From assembly GCA_030248215.1 (NCBI GenBank), contig JASANG010002430.1, positions 124,001 to 188,000 of the forward strand: a stretch of 64,000 nt of DNA, read 5' to 3'. The stretch comes from Enoplolaimus lenunculus. Its lineage: Eukaryota. The notes under the pieces are model-generated. The model made no database searches. It saw only the letters and a list, made by a program, of their open reading frames with translations, and had not been told where the DNA came from. This document shows positions 61,101 through 64,000 of this stretch, piece after piece. Within the stretch, counting starts at the first letter, position 1, and each line of letters starts with the position of its first letter. Both the position numbers and the translations under genes were made by a program.

Positions 61101-62757
61101 GAGCGAAAGGCCACACAATATTGTCTTAACTAAGAACTTCAGTTTGTAGACTAATCTGAGCGTAATTTTGTATATGAAATATTTTTAGGCGCAACGAGAC
61201 AAAACAGAATGACTACGATAAATTTACTTTAATTCTTGCCACAGATAAAATTTTTTCGAACTTCAACTGTAAAAGCATAAGCTTAGCCTAATGGTGGGTT
61301 CAGTGTAAGCCATCCAAACCATGGCCCCAAACAAGGATTGAAACCAGCATATTGTGTTTTTAATTAGTAATAAAGTTGCGTTTTGGCTTCTTGCTCACTT
61401 CATTCGCGGGCTTCGAATGGGCCTCGTCAGAAATTTCACGATCCTCGACTGTCTGAGCCTCAGGTTCCTTGTCCAGCTGAGCTTCTACGGCACTCCCCGA
61501 AATGTGCCATAACCTTCAAACAGTGAAAATATTAGGTTTCATTGAACGACCCATTCACAAATATACAGTTGCTCAAAACCACGATTGATGCTTACAAAAC
61601 AAAAGCGTGGGAGGTTTTAAGCAACCCAACACACACAGTTTCATTATAGAAGCATATCCAAAGCCGGTGAAAGTGGGATATTTCCCCTAAATTTATATAA
61701 ACCATAAAAAGGCACATTCACATGCTTTAGAATCACCTGGTGGATAACGAAAGTCAAACACTACGTCGTTTCGAAATGAAATCTTGGTTTATAAGCGCTC
61801 TTATCAAGTCGGTAACTAGATGCTTGGATAGCCAAAGCAATCTTGACAGGCGACAGTTGTTTGAGTTCAAAGCACAAGCAGAGTTTCAAAACTTTGGGGA
61901 TCCGAATGAGCGCCTCTCAGGTCTGTTGTGGCGTTTGTACTCGGGACTTAAATTTGAAATTCCCCGACCAAATTACGAGTCGCCATGCAACTTTTCACAT
62001 GAAAGAAAGAGCGTACAACTAAACATGGCTACTACAACCTTAAAGCTCTCGAAATACGGTCGTGAAGACAGCATTGGTCAGTAAAGAAAACAAAAGGCTT
62101 TCTCTCTCTCAGTGTGTGTCCCCTACAATATAAAGCAGAGTCTATAAAACCTCAATGTCAAACCTGATAACTATAAGCTTTAGAATTGTACTCGTACTAT
62201 ATATATACATATATACACATGTACTATATAGTGTATAGTATACAGATTATGTATACAGACGTCAATAGGTAAACAAAGGGGTGTCGTAGTCAGGATTTCA
62301 TTTCTACAGGACATAATCCTTATGAAAACGTTTGTTCTGAGCAAGCGTAGCAAGCGGTAATAATTTTGGCTTTGAATGCTTCCGAACGAATTTCGAAATT
62401 CTCAGATTTTGGCAAAACTTAGGATTAAGCTGAGCGTCTTAGGCTTAAGGTTGAAGGGGAAAGTGCACAAATGGCCGCTGATTTGACCACAAGGTTATTC
62501 TTAAATCATAAGTGTTTTTTCTTTCGCTCCAAAAATTATGAAGGGAATTATCGGTATATCCCCTTGTGCATGTATACGTCCCTGATATATACCTCAATTT
62601 ACATATATACAAATATACACGCATACATACTTATGTATGACATTTCAGCTTTATATACATAAACTCACTATCGCCAGTCTAAATATAGTAATGGTGCTAA
62701 AACCGAAAACCAAACCTTGGACACGTCGTGAAAGCTAGAAACCTCTACCCTCTTTTG

Positions 62758-62930
62758 CATTGGCGGATTCAAAGGGGGTGGCGCCGCACCCTAGCCACCT
62801 TATTCCATAAAACATTTAGTAATAACGGGTTAAGCACTAAAATAGCGCTTGACTTTTCTCTTGCTTCGCTTGGTAATTTTTATTATATCTCATGCGATCC
62901 CGATTTCTGGAATTTCTGAATCTGCCATTG
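62758..62930. mobile_element. Short hAT-type MITE
   Basis: Imperfect TIR CATTGGCGGATTCA / TGAATCTGCCATTG; flanks ctcttttg/ctcctttg (7/8 TSD). Similar G-rich short elements at ~47750-47905, ~56730-56897 and ~63471-63661. Confidence 0.7.
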
Positions 62931-64000
62931 CTCCTTTGCTAATATGCGGCACAGTCACATTGAAGATGACGTATATAAGTATGTATATATAGGGGTATGT
63001 ATGAAACTACTTTTGAGCATAAGCGTCGTAGACAGGCTAGTAGCCGGCTCAACATGTAAGGAAACGGCGAAGGAAGCAAAAAATTTCATGAGGGGTACAG
63101 ATGGAATTTAAGTTAACTATACAAGTGAACCTTAACCTTTTCAAGGGACGGCTGCACATGCATGCATGGCCGCACTCAGGGTACTAGCCTACACTGGTAT
63201 ACAAGACGTTCAAACAGCGGATATATGTTTGTCTATAAATACCTAGCTAGATCATAATATTTAACACTTACAGGCTTTAGAATTATAACCTACTGCGTTG
63301 CAGGGTTTAAATTTTTTTCGCTCACTCGGCTCATTCGTAAAAATCTTTCTTTGAAGTTAAACCCTTTCGAAAAAGACACCCTGCTAGGAGCTCTGGTACG
63401 TATGTATGTATGTATGTATGCACTGGTATGTTTGCACATAATTCTAGTTAGATACTACCATAGATAGCGTCAGGAGCGTATACAATGGAGGATAGCGGGA
63501 GCGATCCCTCGAAAATTATGATAACTCGAACAAAGGCAGTTTTAAGTGATGTAGACTAACCTGCAAAAATCAAAAAATTTTATTGCTTGCTACGCTACGC
63601 TGGTATAAAATTTTTGACGCGGTTATCCCCTTTTCGAAATGAGATCCTGGCTACGCACCTGGCTTCGGGGGAGGGAGGCAGACGAATAAGCGCAGGCTAT
63701 TAGGCTGTGGTGAAATCGACTAAGATTCTGACCAGGAGCCATGCAAGGTTTGTATGTCGCTTGAAGTCTTAACTATGGGGCAATTAGCGGTGTGGCATAT
63801 GTGAGATTGATGTGTTGTGACAGAATTTGGCCCTCCGCCCAGGGGCGGAGACATGGCCATGGAACTTTATGAGGAATATATATTCCCATGAACTCCCAGG
63901 GGATAGAAGAAGCAAGACAAAAGAAGTTTGAACAGGATTCAGAAAAAAGTTTTACGTGAAATTCTCTTCTCCAAGCGCAGAAAAACAAAACATCTTTTAA

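Noticed and set aside
61740..62084. 114-aa plus-strand ORF
   Set aside because: GTG start, no recognisable domain or supporting splice structure

Overview
Eukaryotic, intron-rich, repeat-dense animal DNA, probably from a nematode (TTTTCAG/TTTTAG acceptors, TTAGGC repeats; the taxon is an inference). I assembled exons by hand and checked GT-AG boundaries and phase at every junction. (1) An ELKS/ERC/CAST (Bruchpilot-like) active-zone scaffold gene lies on + at 1784-24967: 18 coding exons, about 992 aa, ending in the PDZ ligand -IWA. (2) A compact orphan secreted prepropeptide-like gene lies on - at 30010-30378. (3) A SYD-1/RhoGAP100F gene (PDZ-C2-RhoGAP) lies on - from 35879 to at least 52848: about 10 coding exons and about 2100 aa, with a substituted GAP arginine finger and long polyQ/polyN/His-rich tracts. 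Two genes for cooperating presynaptic active-zone assembly proteins therefore converge tail-to-tail around a candidate neuropeptide gene. Introns and intergenic DNA are filled with non-autonomous elements: hAT-type MITEs with 8-bp TSDs, TA- and TAA-flanked MITEs, DINE-1/Helentron-like elements, a TTAGGC-bearing MITE family, a foldback carrying two tRNA-Ala-like cassettes, and tandem repeats. No transposase, CRISPR array or rRNA gene was seen.
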